DNA of 64,000 bases from Phoronis australis (taxonomy: Eukaryota; Animalia; Phoronida): positions 351,290-415,289 of the forward strand of contig NMRA01000325.1 of NCBI GenBank assembly GCA_002633005.1, given 5' to 3'. This document shows, one piece after another, positions 35,158 through 49,805 of the stretch (position 1 is the stretch's first letter; every line of letters begins with the position of its first letter). The notes under the pieces were generated by a model that was not told where the DNA came from, searched no databases, and saw nothing but the letters and a program-made list of their open reading frames with translations. The translations under genes were made by a program, and so were the position numbers.

Positions 35158-38100
35158 TTAATGCCAGCGAATCACCCGAATATATGCTAAATTGCGTAAG
35201 CGCATTGAAAGATGATCCCTTTCGGCCTTGCCCCACTTGTGTTTAGATGTGTAGCCGAAACTGGAGCAACTACAGGAGTGCAACTTGCTCTACCCCTCAA
35301 ACCGGTGTCAAAAATGGCCGCCGCAGCGTCAGTTTCTCTGTGTAAATTGTGTTTACACACACTTGCACCCAATCAGCTGTTCAGTATTACTTGTATAGTA
35401 TCAACAAGCAAAATTAGATATCAAAGAAGGGCACTTGATCAACCATCAGACCTCTCAACTTGCATAAATGAACACACTTCTAAGAACACTTAGTTGCTTA
35501 GCAACCCCTCAGCCACTCATGCAAAACCAAAGAAATCTTCATCGCTGTGGAGGTGCAGGAAAAAATGCTGGTTTTCATGTCAGTCCAGTCTGTATTATTT
35601 TGAAACAAACTCTAGCAAACAATATGAAGCTCAATTATGATAAGTGACTACATGTGAAAGATTCAATCTTGTGTAATTTCATCATGCACTAATTTAAAGC
35701 CACATTTCACCTAGTTCAGCTAGCTGGCTAAAATGAGCATTGTGTTAGGCCTTTTAATCTGGTAAAATCAGTCTCGTAATATTTCTGAGCAGGATTCTAT
35801 TTCCGTTGCCAACAAGAATATTGAAACCATCAATGACTCCAGAAAACACTCGAGAGTTTATTGGGTTGACCAACCAAAACAACTGTAGATTCAAAAATGG
35901 TACATGTACACATTGCTTGTGAATTGACGGTTCATTCGAAATAATTCACGATCAGATGAGTGTGATAAAGTTTGGAAACCCCAAAGTGTTTTCGTTCAGA
36001 ATTCAACATTGACAGGTGAACATGCGCGAAATGCAGCTTTCAATGTACAAGCAAAAACTGGCAGTTCCAGTGCCTTGAATTACATTACTGGCCGCTAACT
36101 GGTACACGCAAATCATCCACAGAATCAAATCTCAAATGATGGCAGAGCAGTGAAATTTTATTTATCAAAATTTTCAACAAGAGTTTACAAAAAGACAATT
36201 TTACTCGATACCATATGACTGTTACCAACAACCATACAATAAATTTTGAAAAAGTTTAGCAATACAGCGAGCATTTGAAAAATGAAAGATTGAAAAAAAG
36301 ATTTTAGACGTTATTTTTGATCGAACTTGAGTACACTTTACTGCACTGTCTCTTCTAATATGACAAAAGGGAGAAGGGCTACTTCATGTGTCTAACTGCA
36401 AAAAAGCAACCCTTAGAATTGTCTTTTTGCCAGAACTTTCAACTTTGTAAGATAAATCTACTTCACACAGTGCTAAGTCCAAGTAAATAAGCATGTGAAG
36501 TGGAGCAGAAGTAGTTCTACTTATTCAAATAATGCAAAATATCAAATGCATTTCCTATCTACTATGCCAGAGCTGCAAACTACACTGTGACTAAACCTTA
36601 CATGTACAATCCATAGGGAGTCCTGAAAGTTCAATAAAATAAGTGACAAGTAATTACAATGAAACCTAAAATAACACTTTGAGGAACTACTGAACATCAG
36701 TGGATACTCATGCCAATAATTTAACTTAACAGTTCAGTAAAACATTTTTAAACCAGAAAACGTTAAGCTCTGGTGAACACNGGTCTCAGCTATTGACAGT
36801 GTTCTAAAACTAAAATTTTCCAAGATTTGAACACAGCTGTATGGGAAGGGGCCTGTGCTATATCTCAAAAAGGATAAAAAGGGCTCAGTACCCCGCCCTT
36901 AAGAAAGAAGAAGAGCCTAATCTCCAAACGGAAAAAGGGCGGAGAGACTGACACCTTTCTAACAGGAAGTAAACGCAACATTAGCCCAACATCAAAGGAG
37001 GACAACTTTCCACTTTTAAAAGTATCAAAGGATCTCATGAAAATAAGTACAATACTATTTATAGTCTTGGAAATGTGAATGATCAAGTAGACCCCGATTC
37101 TGAGCCATTGGGGCCACTGCTCAAACATCGAAATTCAACCAGACTTGTGTTTTGAGGGACTACAGCGTATAGATGGATTATAGAAGGTCCCGGGTTCGAG
37201 CACAAGTAAGGACAGGAATATTATCAGACTTGTAATTACTAGGTCATGTGATGTAACCACATCATGTGACTCTTTAGAGCAGCTTTTGAAAATTGCAAAC
37301 CTGTTATAAACCAGTTGTAGTGACATTGAAGAAACACTAAACCAAGATATCGTATGGCTTTTCATGCCTTTAAGTCAACCCCCACAGGTTATCTAGGCTT
37401 GCGAAAAGCAAATGTTCATTTTTCAAACGTAGGAACCTCAATAAATTAAAATAATATTGATGCGTATACTTACTGATAGCGTACATTGCCATACATCATA
37501 GGGTGGCATCCATTATAAAACATTGTCATCGTTACTGTTTCAGATGAGACCAACTGATGCCTCCCACTTGAACACTGAACAAAAATATCTGTATCGAAAT
37601 GATAGCTGTCAGTCCTGCCAGACTTCTCAAAGGCTTGAAACTGTTAGTCCTAAACTTGATATCTGGAGATGGCACATGACAATAGAGTGGTGACAATAAA
37701 ACTAATGACCTGTTGTGTTGATGAATACAGAATAGGTCAGTTGTAATCAAAATTGGAGAAACCTGATATGTAGCAGTGAGAGTACTTAGCTTTAAAACAT
37801 ACAATGCAGTAAATGGATATTATGCCTCTAGATCTGTGAACCATCAACAAAATTTTGCTCATTAAAATTCATAATTGAAACTTGACAAAAATATTCTTTT
37901 TGTATCAGTAGTCGACAACTACAAAAGATCTTTCAAAACATAAAGCGAAAATGGAATACCACAGCCAAAATCGAATCCAAACAATCAGCTGATACTATCC
38001 AAGAGTCATTATAAGATCCAAGCTCACAATTTAACGGCTTCTTTAGATACTTTTAGAATACATAGCTCTACCAGTGGTTGAAGATGCCGTAGGAATCCCA

Positions 38101-39298
38101 CAAGCCACAGAAAAGACAAACTGACCAGCCTTGTTGAACTGACTAAATTAACTCAATATTTTATTGATGGAATTTCAACAGTAGCATAGGATAGGTCGTA
38201 CACTCATTAACAGCTGGAGATAACAACTGAATGTGCGTGAAACCTGAAAACATGTTCTTGTGTTTCAGACCCAAACCTGGATAAGACAAAGCAGCATCAT
38301 CCCAACCATATGTTGGAATGTTTTCACATGGTCAGAGATGTCAGAGCTGGCCTGGCTGGAGAAGTGGTAGAGAGAAACAGAACCATGACCAATATACAGA
38401 TTCTTGGGACCCGATAGAGATTCCATAAGGGATACACTGGAATAGTCAATCTTTATCTTGGATGGGAAGAGCGCCAGTTGGAATCAAGAATGTTATTAGA
38501 TAAAATAAACAAGCAAGGGGCATGCAATCAATCTGGTGAAGACCTTGAGTTAAAAGGCTATGTCCAAGGTGAAATAGGAAACAACTAGGTGCCCTACACA
38601 ATATTTTGATCTAGATTTCTTTCAAATAACCAGAAAAACAGGTTGACCATTAAGGTTTAAACTGTTATGGGTACCTAAGACAATACCACATGTCGAACTA
38701 TCAATTCAAGAACAGAGCATTTTTCACCCCTCTCCTATTCCTGGTCACTAAGTTACCCACCCAAAGTCCCATTTTGACATCAAATTTTGGCCCGGCGCAA
38801 CTGACACAGAGTAAATTGACCCCTGTCAAGGAGCCGTTTACACACACAACTTACTAACCGTGGCAAGATGGAAATTAAAGCCTGGAGAGACTGGATCGCA
38901 CATGCGCAGGTTTACAAATGACGAGAGTTGCAGAGACAAAGAGTTCCTGAACGTAGCAGGTCATTGTACAAGTGCAGTAGAGATGGATCCTTTCCGCCTA
39001 GCTCCAGTTTCACATTTAAACTTATAATTGACACGGCGCAAGATGTTTGGGTGCAAATTGCTCTACCTCACAAACGGGTGGCAAAAATTTGTCACCGCGG
39101 TGTCAATTTGCTCCTGTCAAAGTTTACACACTGGAACAACTAATGTTCTGTGTCAGCTAATCCATGTCAATTTTGTAAGTGTAAACTGGCACTATAATGA
39201 AAACTGATACCACAAAGACACCCAACTGTGATACGTGAGAGGTCAAATACCCACATGAGCAAAATACCGACCAAAGAAAGAAAAATGAGCAGATCAGA

Positions 39299-39861
39299 AG
39301 CATGTTCAATAGAGTGAGCGCCCGCGAGCGCTTTGAGCGCCTGCGAGCACTTTGAGCGCCCTTATCCTGAACAGCTATGTTCACGTTAGTGCTCGCAAGC
39401 ACTCGCGAACAACCTCGAGAGCATGTTCACTTAGATTTCCAAGATGGCGTCCTGCAAAGGCTTCACGTCTGCAACATATGAACCCATTATGGTTCTGCAA
39501 CACGAAAACTAACCTCAAAACTTGACCGACTCATCCGAAACTGCGACTTAAATTGCGGGTCGCTGTAGCGAAGAACAGTTTCCTTGACGTAATTTTCGAT
39601 TCTTTTCGTTCCAAAGCCTTCACGGTTGTTGTCTTGGGCTGCCGATATTAATAATTATTGGCAAAGATTAATCATATTTATCGCTCAGTACGCCATGCAT
39701 AGGAAGGACTGTTAGTGTTAAGCTCATCGGCTAAGATGTTCAACACAATCTGCTTCAGAGTCGCCATACTGGATCGCACAGTGAGCGCTCACAGCTGTTC
39801 AGGAGCCGTTCCTTGTGTTCGTGAGTACACGCTAGCGGGCGCTCACTCTGTTGAACACGCT
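39299..39861. mobile_element. ~560-bp MITE (Harbinger-like termini)
   Basis: AGCATGTTCAATAGAGTGAGCGCCCGCGAGCG ... CGCTAGCGGGCGCTCACTCTGTTGAACACGCT inverted repeats; CpG-rich interior; no clean TSD. Confidence 0.7.
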
Positions 39862-42096
39862 TCAGGTGGCGCATCCTGAATGTTACATTTTCTAAGAGTC
39901 ATTTCAACTCGGGACTTTGAAAACTTCCAAACATGCCAGTTAGGAAAGTTGAATGAAGTTGATTTTTAACACTAGACCATAGCAATTTCCAATATCTGAC
40001 AATAAACAAAATTTGACTTCAAAAATGCATTTAGTGTCCATGTCTTATATAAAAATGACAAAATTTTGCCAACAAACTAACTTGACTTCCAAATATTTAA
40101 AAAGTTGTGAACATATCCACGATTTTGACACAGTAATGAAAATATTAGGCATTATAGAGATGGGATTGGCTTCTTTACACTCTTAATAAAGATGTTTAAT
40201 TTCTGGTTGTTCTGATACAAATGAATGTACCAAACTGAGCAGATCCAAAAACAAATATTTTTTTGCTATTCTTAACAATGAAAGATTACATGTTACCCAC
40301 ATCTTAAGAAACTTACCAAAACCTTCAGTTGTACAACCAAAACACGAAAAACTCCAGCACTTTTGCTCCGAGTAGCTAACTGTCAGTTGCCTACAACCAC
40401 AATTATACCTTGCTTCCTAATATTCAGTAGTTCTAATGAAAACCATATGTTATGACTTTCTAAGTCAATCTGTATGCAAACTGAACAACTTGCAGCATAG
40501 TTAAACCATGTAAAACATGCACAAACATCAGGAACTGGGTTGTATTTATGAAATTCAGTGAACCACAAGGACTCTGCAAAAGTAAGGTAAACAATCAGAG
40601 AGTTATATACCTGTAACAGAACACACACATGTAGTGTTACATGGAACCTGTGAAATATGACTTTCATTATCAGACAAAAACCTCAACAAAAGACAAAATC
40701 ATCAAAGCTAAAATCTAGCTGGGTTTCCATTAAGAGGAAGACTCAAGATGGAATTGCTCTCTGCCCAAGAATGGTTACCCAGTAGTAACGTATCGAACAA
40801 TATTACAGATTTTGAGTTACACATTAGTAATCAGATTCAGTAACATTTTACAAATCATACACTTCCTTTGGTCTGTAAACTCATATTTCAATGAAAAATT
40901 GGAAACGTCACTAAAAATATCCCAAATTTGTAATTTCGATTGGTTCATGAATATTTATCAACAAATAAAAATCACAAAAAATGGAAATTGTTTAGTCCGT
41001 CCACACACAGCTTACCCTAGAACTTGCACTAGTGCAACTTACCCCAACCAGTATCACCACATGATAATTTCTTCGAATTTAAAAAATCAAAACAAATACT
41101 GCTGTGGCTGTCATTTATCCAAAGCATAGGACAATGTAGACTTTGACCATGGATTGGTTGATAAAACCTGTAGTATACAAAAATGAGGTGATAAGTGAAA
41201 AATATTCCTAGTTCTTAGTGTAAAAATTTGATTTTTCCCTGTTCTGATAGGGCAAGTTCTAAATTGAAGGAGCTTCTAAAACAATGGTTTTAAGCACTAA
41301 TTGTCAAAATTGTGCAATTTTGTTGTTCCTTCATATGATGGCCAGTTTAGCACATGGCCGTTAATTCTGAACTGAGATATTTGAAGCTTTCATACCAGCA
41401 CATACATCAAGTTTTGTATATCATGAACATAGAATAAGATGAGTACACAAGTCTCTGGTTGCCCCTAAATCACCACTTAACCTTCATCACCAGGGGGCAC
41501 TAGTTCACGGCCATTACAAATACAGGAAGTTTAAAAAGTAGACAGCTGAAACCATTTCCAGCAAGTTGTGTCCTGGATGGAACAGATAAAACAGCTATAA
41601 ACCTACGTTCCATCAAAGAAACTTTTAATTTCAACTGGTCTCTTTCAGCTATAGAACAGATTTTAAGTTGTGCCCAACTTAGATGAGAAGTGGTTTCTGA
41701 GTTTGACAATGAGTGATAGTTCCTTATTACTTGACTCATTAATTAGAAGCCAACTGCAATCTCAAATAATAATGGAATGTCAATCTTTTCTGAACACCAA
41801 ATCCACTTCTAATTATTAGATGTAATTTGATTAAGGAATAATTAAGACCAGTTGTATAATGTATATTTGGCCTAAATGTAAAAATTAGTTTTTTGATGGA
41901 ATCAATGGGCTTGTAGCTATTTAAGTGAATAGAATGGTGACTCCCAAATGAAAGCAGAAGACAAACATATATTTTCCGTGACAACTCTCCAGTTTGGGTC
42001 TTTGGGGGAAATGAAAATATAATTAATTTACTCAGGGTCAGAGCTCATACCAAACTTTAGAAAGTCAGTATTAGCCGTCCCAAGTTACAAGAATTA

Positions 42097-44456
42097 CCGT
42101 AAACGTTCGGGTTAATGCCCATGCTCAGTTAGCCGCCCACCCCCTACTTTAGGTGGATTTTCGATTTAACCACCCACTGCTCGGTTAACCACCCCTCTGC
42201 GATTTTTCAAGATTTCCACTTAAACGCCCACCTCTCGGTTAAGCGCCCATCCCCGACTTTTTAAGATTGGAGATTTAGCGCCCAGTGATAGAAAACGCAA
42301 CATTCCCGACTTTTAGTTACAGATGATGACCACAACGAGCGCTAGGACACTAGGCCTCCGAACGGTGATTGGACAATGTGAATTACGATACACGTAACAA
42401 ATTATTGTCCAGGGTCATGGCCTTACTTCAAAATATAATACTTGAACGTTTTTGTCATTTTATTTTCTTCCCATGTTTGCAAAGTTTAAGAACCCTGCTG
42501 GTGTCAATACCTCTACTTTCAGCGACACTGTCTGCCGCGCTGAGTTTCCGTCTGCAGTGCACTAGATAAAACATATAGGCCTATTCGAAATAATCATGCC
42601 AGAGAAATGTGACAATGGTTTTGCCAACCCTCCAAATTCTCTTAAGGTGGGAAGCTCTGGTATTTTGAAGAATTAATTCCCATAACTCACGGAAAGATGT
42701 CAAATTCTTCCTATTTTGATGAATGTTATTGCCAGGTTATTGAGGATGTGTGGCAACCAAAGGGACAGTGTGCCTCACTGGGTTACCGATTTGCTGCCTC
42801 TCGATTTCTGAGTTCAGAGGTTGGCAATACGTTACTGTATGTCTGTGTATCAGCTTGAAGTAATAAAAAACTTCTAATACTAATAAAATTTTGTTTTTCG
42901 CTTACTGCATCTCAGTCAAACTGGAGTTAGCAGATTTAACTAATGTCACTGGCTGTTCTTTACTAAGATTTCTTGCGTCAACCTCCGCCTGACTGTGTGA
43001 ATTTTTGCTTCCATGTTCCCTTTTTAGCCATCCAGAATAATTTTGTTTCTACAATGGCCTGAACAAAATTCTTACCATTCGAGTCTGAAATATCTACGAC
43101 GCAGACTGAGTGAAAATTAGTGATAGTTGGTAGGAGGTGCACGCAGCTAGCTACAGGCATGGCACACTCGGGCCTAAGGAACATCGAGCTGAAAAATATC
43201 GAAGTAGACTTGACATCGCAGTTTTGGGGGACATTGGAACGGAGGAATATCGTAAAGCACTGGGTCTTTCCTAACAACAGCTTAAAAGCACAACGTCACG
43301 CCGGTTTCTTTTACTTAGGACTGTCGCTGTTCTCTTTTGCTGTATGACTTTGTAGTGGTGCACGCTCGTAAGTTCCTACACCGAGTGCATGTTACCTTGA
43401 CACCAACATGTGATTGACAAGTTACTCATACGTAGGCCCTACGTGCATGCTGAATCCCGCCACTATCTTTGGCCATTAAAAACGAGACGCATATTGAAAG
43501 AAGCCGTTATATTACTTGACAGCCTTTCCAAGTCAAGATTGCCAGCCGGGACATTGCGCGCAAACAGCGGGACCGACCAGTGCCACAGTGCGATAGTGTA
43601 GGTGATATTATAATAGGATATAATCTGGACATCTTGCATGAGTGTACAATAAATATGTTTTCCACCACAAAGTTGGGTAAGGTGGTCGTTTAAGAATGAA
43701 TTGAAGCATCGCTGTTTTGTGATGTTTTATCACATATATGTCGTGGTTTGAAATTTTCTTCTTAATAAACGACTGGCTCGCGTCCACTTACCCCGCCCCC
43801 CGATTCTTGTCTTACTTCTTTGCCGAGGTGTTGACTATAAACATCCCAAACACAAAACACACATGAATTAGTTTTTCAAAACTTTAGTACAACTATTTTT
43901 AAAACTGCTCTGACTCAGAACTTGACAGCTACCATGGGACTATAACCTTGATGTCAGCTGTGACCTCTGCAACACGTGAAGCTTGCACGCGCACGCTTTT
44001 GCGGTGTCACAACTTGCAATCCAAGTGGAGCGCTGCGTGGTCACTGGTCGTCTGCGCACTAGTTCTAACAAACTAACAAGACCGCAGGATAGCACGGGTC
44101 TATAATTACTCAGCAATTTTGTAAATTTAATTGTGAATGACTAGTCTGAGGGCAACAGAACCTTTGTTGGGATCATCTGCTGTTATGAAGTTTTTACCGT
44201 CATTTGGCGACGTGACGATAAAGCTCTTTGAAAAGTGCTACGTGTTCCGAGTACTTGTGTCATGTGGGGGACTTTAATCACAAGGTAAGAATAACCGCCC
44301 AGGGCGGTTGTCTGTCGTAATAAGCGCCCACGTTTGGTTAACCGCCCACTCTGGATTTCTTGAAATTTCACGTTTAAGCGCCCATGTCTGGTTAACCACC
44401 CACCCCCGATTTTTTGGGTTTGCCAATTTAACCGCCCAGTTTACGAACGTTTACGG
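42097..44456. mobile_element. Non-autonomous pogo/Tc1-mariner-type DNA transposon, 2.36 kb
   Basis: Perfect 13-bp TIR CCGTAAACGTTCG / CGAACGTTTACGG, TA on both flanks, arrays of TAA(C/G)CGCCCAC subterminal repeats at both ends, no transposase ORF. Confidence 0.85.
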
Positions 44457-44781
44457 TACAATCAAAGGCAAATGATTACTCTTTCAACTTGAACTTACAA
44501 ACTACGGAGACGCAACTATTTTAAAACTTTATGAACTATCAAGTCTATTCTCAAACTCTATTGATTCAAAATGCAATGTCCAGCATTTAAGAAATATGAT
44601 AAATGCCAAAATCGCCCATGTCCCAATCTTTAGAATTAGAAAATTGAATTTCAGCTTGAACTTTATTGCCCCAAACTTGATATTTAAAGACACGTAATGC
44701 CACAACACAACATAATCACTATGAGAAATATCGCTACAGGGATATTAGAAGGATTTTAAAGATTGAAATCCCACTAATATA

Positions 44782-44876
44782 GTCACTTATTAGAGTCCCA
44801 GATTTTGAGAACCAGTTTTCTCCACTGACTAATGGGGATCAAACTTGTTCTCAAAATCTGGATCCTTGTAAGTGAC
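44782..44876. repeat. Imperfect ~95-bp palindrome (mini-MITE-like)
   Basis: GTCACTTA..CAGATTTTGAGAAC.AGTTT / AAACT.GTTCTCAAAATCTG..TAAGTGAC. Confidence 0.7.
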
Positions 44877-46214
44877 CTTTGCCAAAATTTCAGTTACTGC
44901 TTGGTGGCTTCTGAAGAGTTGAAATACATTGATAATGAAATTTATTCACAAAACACCTGGAAAATTTATCAAATCCTCACAAAGTTTCGTTGACATAGAG
45001 CAGAATATATTATGAACACACATTTGAAACATGACTTATGTGCTGTACGCTTTTGAAACATTAGTTTGACAGTATACAATATTTGAGGCATGATACCAAT
45101 GAGGTTCTAAAAAGTTAAATACTGGATTATGCTTTAAATATTTCAAATCAAAATAAATTGATCAGTCCATTTTTTATTGACTGAGAGAGAAACAGAGAAA
45201 GCAAATTCCCACATCCCGTATTGACCAGGTTTGGAAATGGTAGGGCCACTAATGATGAGTTGCATAAGTGAAGACCAGTTTAGCGAGACCCCACTCAGCT
45301 TTTCAAATCCTTTTTATGTTGACAGTGCAAATCACAATATTCATCACCTAGACTTTACTTCTATTAGAGTATTTTACTATTCATACTTAAAGCTGCTATA
45401 AACCTGCCTTAAACTACAAAAACAAACTTTTGTTTAAGACCACTTAACGTTACATTAGGGAATAAGTCTCAAATTGAACCTTGCAGTTGAACTGGAGGTG
45501 ATGTCAGAGCTTTGACAGAACTGGCAGTTCATTATTTCATGAGATCAGAGTCTGCAAATTGGCTCCTCACGGGATGTCACTTTATGCACTGAGCATGGTC
45601 TCATGGAAAAATGAACTGTCAATAGTTTATAAGTTCTTTGCAAGCATAGCAATCATCTGAATAAAGAACAAGTTGAGACCAATGTTAAACTGGTCAGTAG
45701 TCAAAATCAAAAAGTTTGCTAAGAGGACAGTATATGAGTTTAATGCCCCTTTATATAAATTATCAAAATTACTACGTAAAATAATGAATAGCGTGAAATA
45801 ATGAATAGCACGTCAACAGTTTGTAACAACTATGGGGCAAGTGTCGTATCAGAGCACAGCCATTACGGTTAAAACTGCAGAGGTAGCACTGCTGTATTTG
45901 GGGAAGTGACTACTTTAACAAAGTCGAAAAGACACCATTACTAAGGGACAACCAAACGAAATCCATATAAACCAAAAGGATAAAAAACCAGCAATAGTCA
46001 ATTAAAGGGGTTCTGGATTTTGAGAAGCATTTGATGCCCTCATACTGTGAGACCCCTGTAACAAATGACAATTTATTACCAAAAACTCTATGATTGCGAA
46101 CATCAACTGTTATCAATGACAAAACCTTTGTTAGAAAAATAAAGTTTGAACATAATTAAAAAAGAACCATATGTGTTTCTTAAAGCATAGGATATACCGT
46201 AAATGCGAACTTAC

Positions 46215-46279
46215 TCAAAGCCTTTGTTTTCTGGAGTGTCACAGTCCATTCTTACATTGTCTTCCACACAAGCAGACAT
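46215..46279 (-). CDS. Candidate PINCH alternative first coding exon (21 aa)
   Basis: MSACVEDNVRMDCDTPENKGF + GA|gtaagt; consensus donor in phase 2. No homology support, and an internal AAT|gtaaga donor is also possible. Confidence 0.35.
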
Positions 46280-49200
46280 GTCAAACTGATTTTTTTACAT
46301 GAATCCAAACACAGTCTCGACAATCACAGGATTCTCACACCAATCAAAGCCAAATTTGTGAGCCTAATTGCTATTCAGTGCCAACAAAGAGAAGGGATCC
46401 AGCTCAAAAGATGAGTAATGCAGCCATTCTTATCAACAGCAGCTGAGCACTGAGATATCAGGGGAAATGTGCGCTAACTAAGCCTTGGGGGAACTTGATA
46501 AAACATTGAAATAAAAACAATGAACATCAACCTAGAGAAAATTTCCATTAGGTCAAAACCCAAGAGAATGTTAACTAACAATGCTTTTCTATCAAAAAAA
46601 CCCAAATGTTATTAGCATAAAAGACGTAGAAGGATAGATCTCAGTTGTTCGGAACATTTAACAATGAAAATATCGAAAATAATTTAACAAAATAACATGG
46701 AAAGGGCAAAAAAGAAAGACAACAAAGCTTTTCATTTCACCAGCTTCATAAGTTCAAGGTGTTACAAATGACTGCAGTCCATAGCTACAGTTCAGTAACC
46801 ATAATTTCACAAAAACGAAGTGAGGCTAATTCTTTACAAACCTTTGATCCACTGTACACCAGGCAGCACTCTTGCTTAAAATCACAAACTGTTAACTGGA
46901 AGCCCACTCAAATCGGAAGAAATTTCTACTTACAAATTTATAAGTAACACCTCTCCTGACAAACAAAAACTTTAGTTTCATATACTAGTTGCTTCTTGTG
47001 AAAAATGATGTGGCTGTCAGTTGCACAGTCTTCAGAACTGACCTTTCCTCAAGCCAGAGGTCTAGTGGTCAACATAATGAATATGACGACCATGATTATG
47101 ATTGATGGCTAGTGATTATTACTAGTACCATTAATTGGATTTGGTGCCGATGATGTTGCTCAGAAGAGGGGTAGTAGGTGGAATAGAAATAAATTCAGGA
47201 CATGCATATATCATAGGTTAAGATATTTGGTCACCTTTGAATAAACAACAACGAAAACAACTTATATGTTTACACACACGGCATTTTATTACCATATCGT
47301 GCAACAGAGGGTGTTATGTTTGGAGGCCAGAAACAGTCACAACATATTTCACTCAAAGCTAGATATTACCATAGGGTGCGCTAACATTGTCCTAAGTGAA
47401 AGAAGCTGTCAATTTATGAACTTTCATGACAAACAATTTAGAGAATGGTAAACATAAATCCAACATAAAGCAACACCAGAAGATTTTCTGAAATAGTAGT
47501 TAACTTGAAGGTATCAATACTGACTATTTGTGGACAACATTTCAGTAGATCCCGTCACTGTGAACATGTTAATTTGACAAATGGGAAACAAAATTAGGGT
47601 AGAACTGTTACAGCACCGCACTATTTACATACAAAAGGTTAATGCGTGCCTTACGGTATAACAAAACCTATGTAATAAGAGCTGGCTTAAAATTATATAG
47701 AAATATAAAATGCAAGCTGTAAAAGATGAACGTGTTGGTAAAATACATCAGAACAGAGCAAAATGGTTACAAATTACGATGGGTATGCGTTAACTTTTTA
47801 AGCAAAGCACATGAAAGTAAATGACTTTTAAGTTGGAAGAATTTAATATAACATTCACATCCACATCCACATGAGGGATGGTCTTTGGCTACTACGTGTT
47901 CAATATAACATGTAAGGGCTAAACAGAGCAAAAATCTGGACATGTCCAGAAAAATGACCCATTTAGTGAAGCAGACACCCCATCAATAATAATGGCCATA
48001 CCAAGTAACATTGTGGCACAGTGGCAAATAATGTTATCATGATGAACAGGAGGCCTAGGTCATACAAACAGTGGAGGTCAATAGTTAAATGATGAATGCA
48101 TAGTTATGAGGTGTTCACTGACCACAGCATATTAATGTCTCATAGAATATTTTTTGCAAATAATCAAATGGATAAAAAAGACAGAGAGTTTCGTGCAGAG
48201 TTCTCCACAACAGAAAGTTCGATGGGAATAACAAATTCATGGTCGTGTTTGAAAGTCCATAATTATTGAATCAAAGTCCATATTCAATCTGTGGAGAGTT
48301 TGGAAGGTAAATGAACTCCTTTTACTAGCAGTGTCAAAAGTTCAAATATCCTGATTTGCTTAAAGAAATAACTAATCTCCCAAATGTTCAAACTCATGGC
48401 ATAGAATTTCAAAATCCACACAAGAAATGTAAACTTGTTAAGGTGAAATTTAAACTCCTTATTACAACGAGTCAAAAACAGGTTGTAGAGAACAGTATAC
48501 TTACAATTTTACAAATGGGTGAAAAAAATGGTTCATAGAAAACTTAAAAAAGCAATTGATACAAAATCAAGTTTTTGTTTATTTGCAGCAAGTGATCTGG
48601 TGTGGATAACAAAAGAGACCAATTCCACAGATCTAGCAGTGTTCACTCTATACTTGGAAACAATGGGGTCCAATGGATCCAACTTAAAAAATACGGCCCA
48701 TTTCACTTTCTAGGACTTTGCAAAAACACTCCAGAAATCAAATCACTAGTCTCATCTAATCTCATCTAGGCGTTGTCCATCCACTGCAGGATGTAGCCCT
48801 CCGACAATGCCTTCCAACTTGTTCAAGAGACAGAACAAATCACTAGTACAGCATAATATATTAGAAAAAGGAGAAAGATCGCTGCAGTATTTTTATTCAT
48901 GGAAACAGAGGAAGAATGAAAAAATGATTGTGCTTCTAAAGGTTAATGACCCAATATCTAAAAGTTTGTACATTCAGCCAAATATCTACAAGTCAGATGT
49001 CTGTACATTCAGTCAAATATCTACAAAACAACAGAATTTAACTCAAGAAAAATAGATATTTTCTGAAAGTAGAAAACCTGTATAGTTTGATTTCTGAACT
49101 TATACCAATGTGCCATTGATTGGGTCATGTGACCATTTATTTTTTATTGAAACTACCGGTAAGCAAAATATAAAAATAGAATAAATAAAAAGACCAAATT

Positions 49201-49805
49201 TCATTTAAAAACTAACAGCGTTTTGTAGAACAGAGCATATTGTACCACTTATCTGAAAGTTTCACATGAATCCAATTGACATGATGTTCTGAAGTTAGCC
49301 ATGTTTAGAATTTTGCTAGGATTCTCTGTACCTTTAAATTATTTCTGACAACTTCACAAAATTGCGTCCACAGTAACACACCTATCAACTGATTATCAGC
49401 CATCTTAAGACTAGCTGCATCATGTGATCGAAATATACTGGATTTGGCGAACACCGTACGTCAATTTATGATAGTTTTAATTATTACTTACCTAAGTTTA
49501 GTGGGTGACCCACACCCAGTTGGATTAAGTGATATCATTTTTGGTGGAAAATCCCACAAAATGAAAACCAGCAGAGACCATGCAATCTGAACCAAGTAAA
49601 ATTAGGTGGCAGTAGTGTTATGAGGCTGAGGACACAATGTACCAGGGGTGGTGCAAATCACATGGTGTAAGTGGTCATATCCAGGATGTCGTCAATCTGA
49701 CACCCTTGAAGTGGGGTATAACAGGTCAGAGGAGTTAGCTATCACAGCTAGTCACTTGTAACTTAATACAACTGATTTGTTTGGTTTCAAAAAATGTGTA
49801 CACCA

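Noticed and set aside
38855-38903. MCDPVSPGFNFHLATV + A|gtaagt candidate exon
   Set aside because: Phase 1 (or phase 0 at the nearby GTTAGT), not matching, and it sits among repeat fragments.
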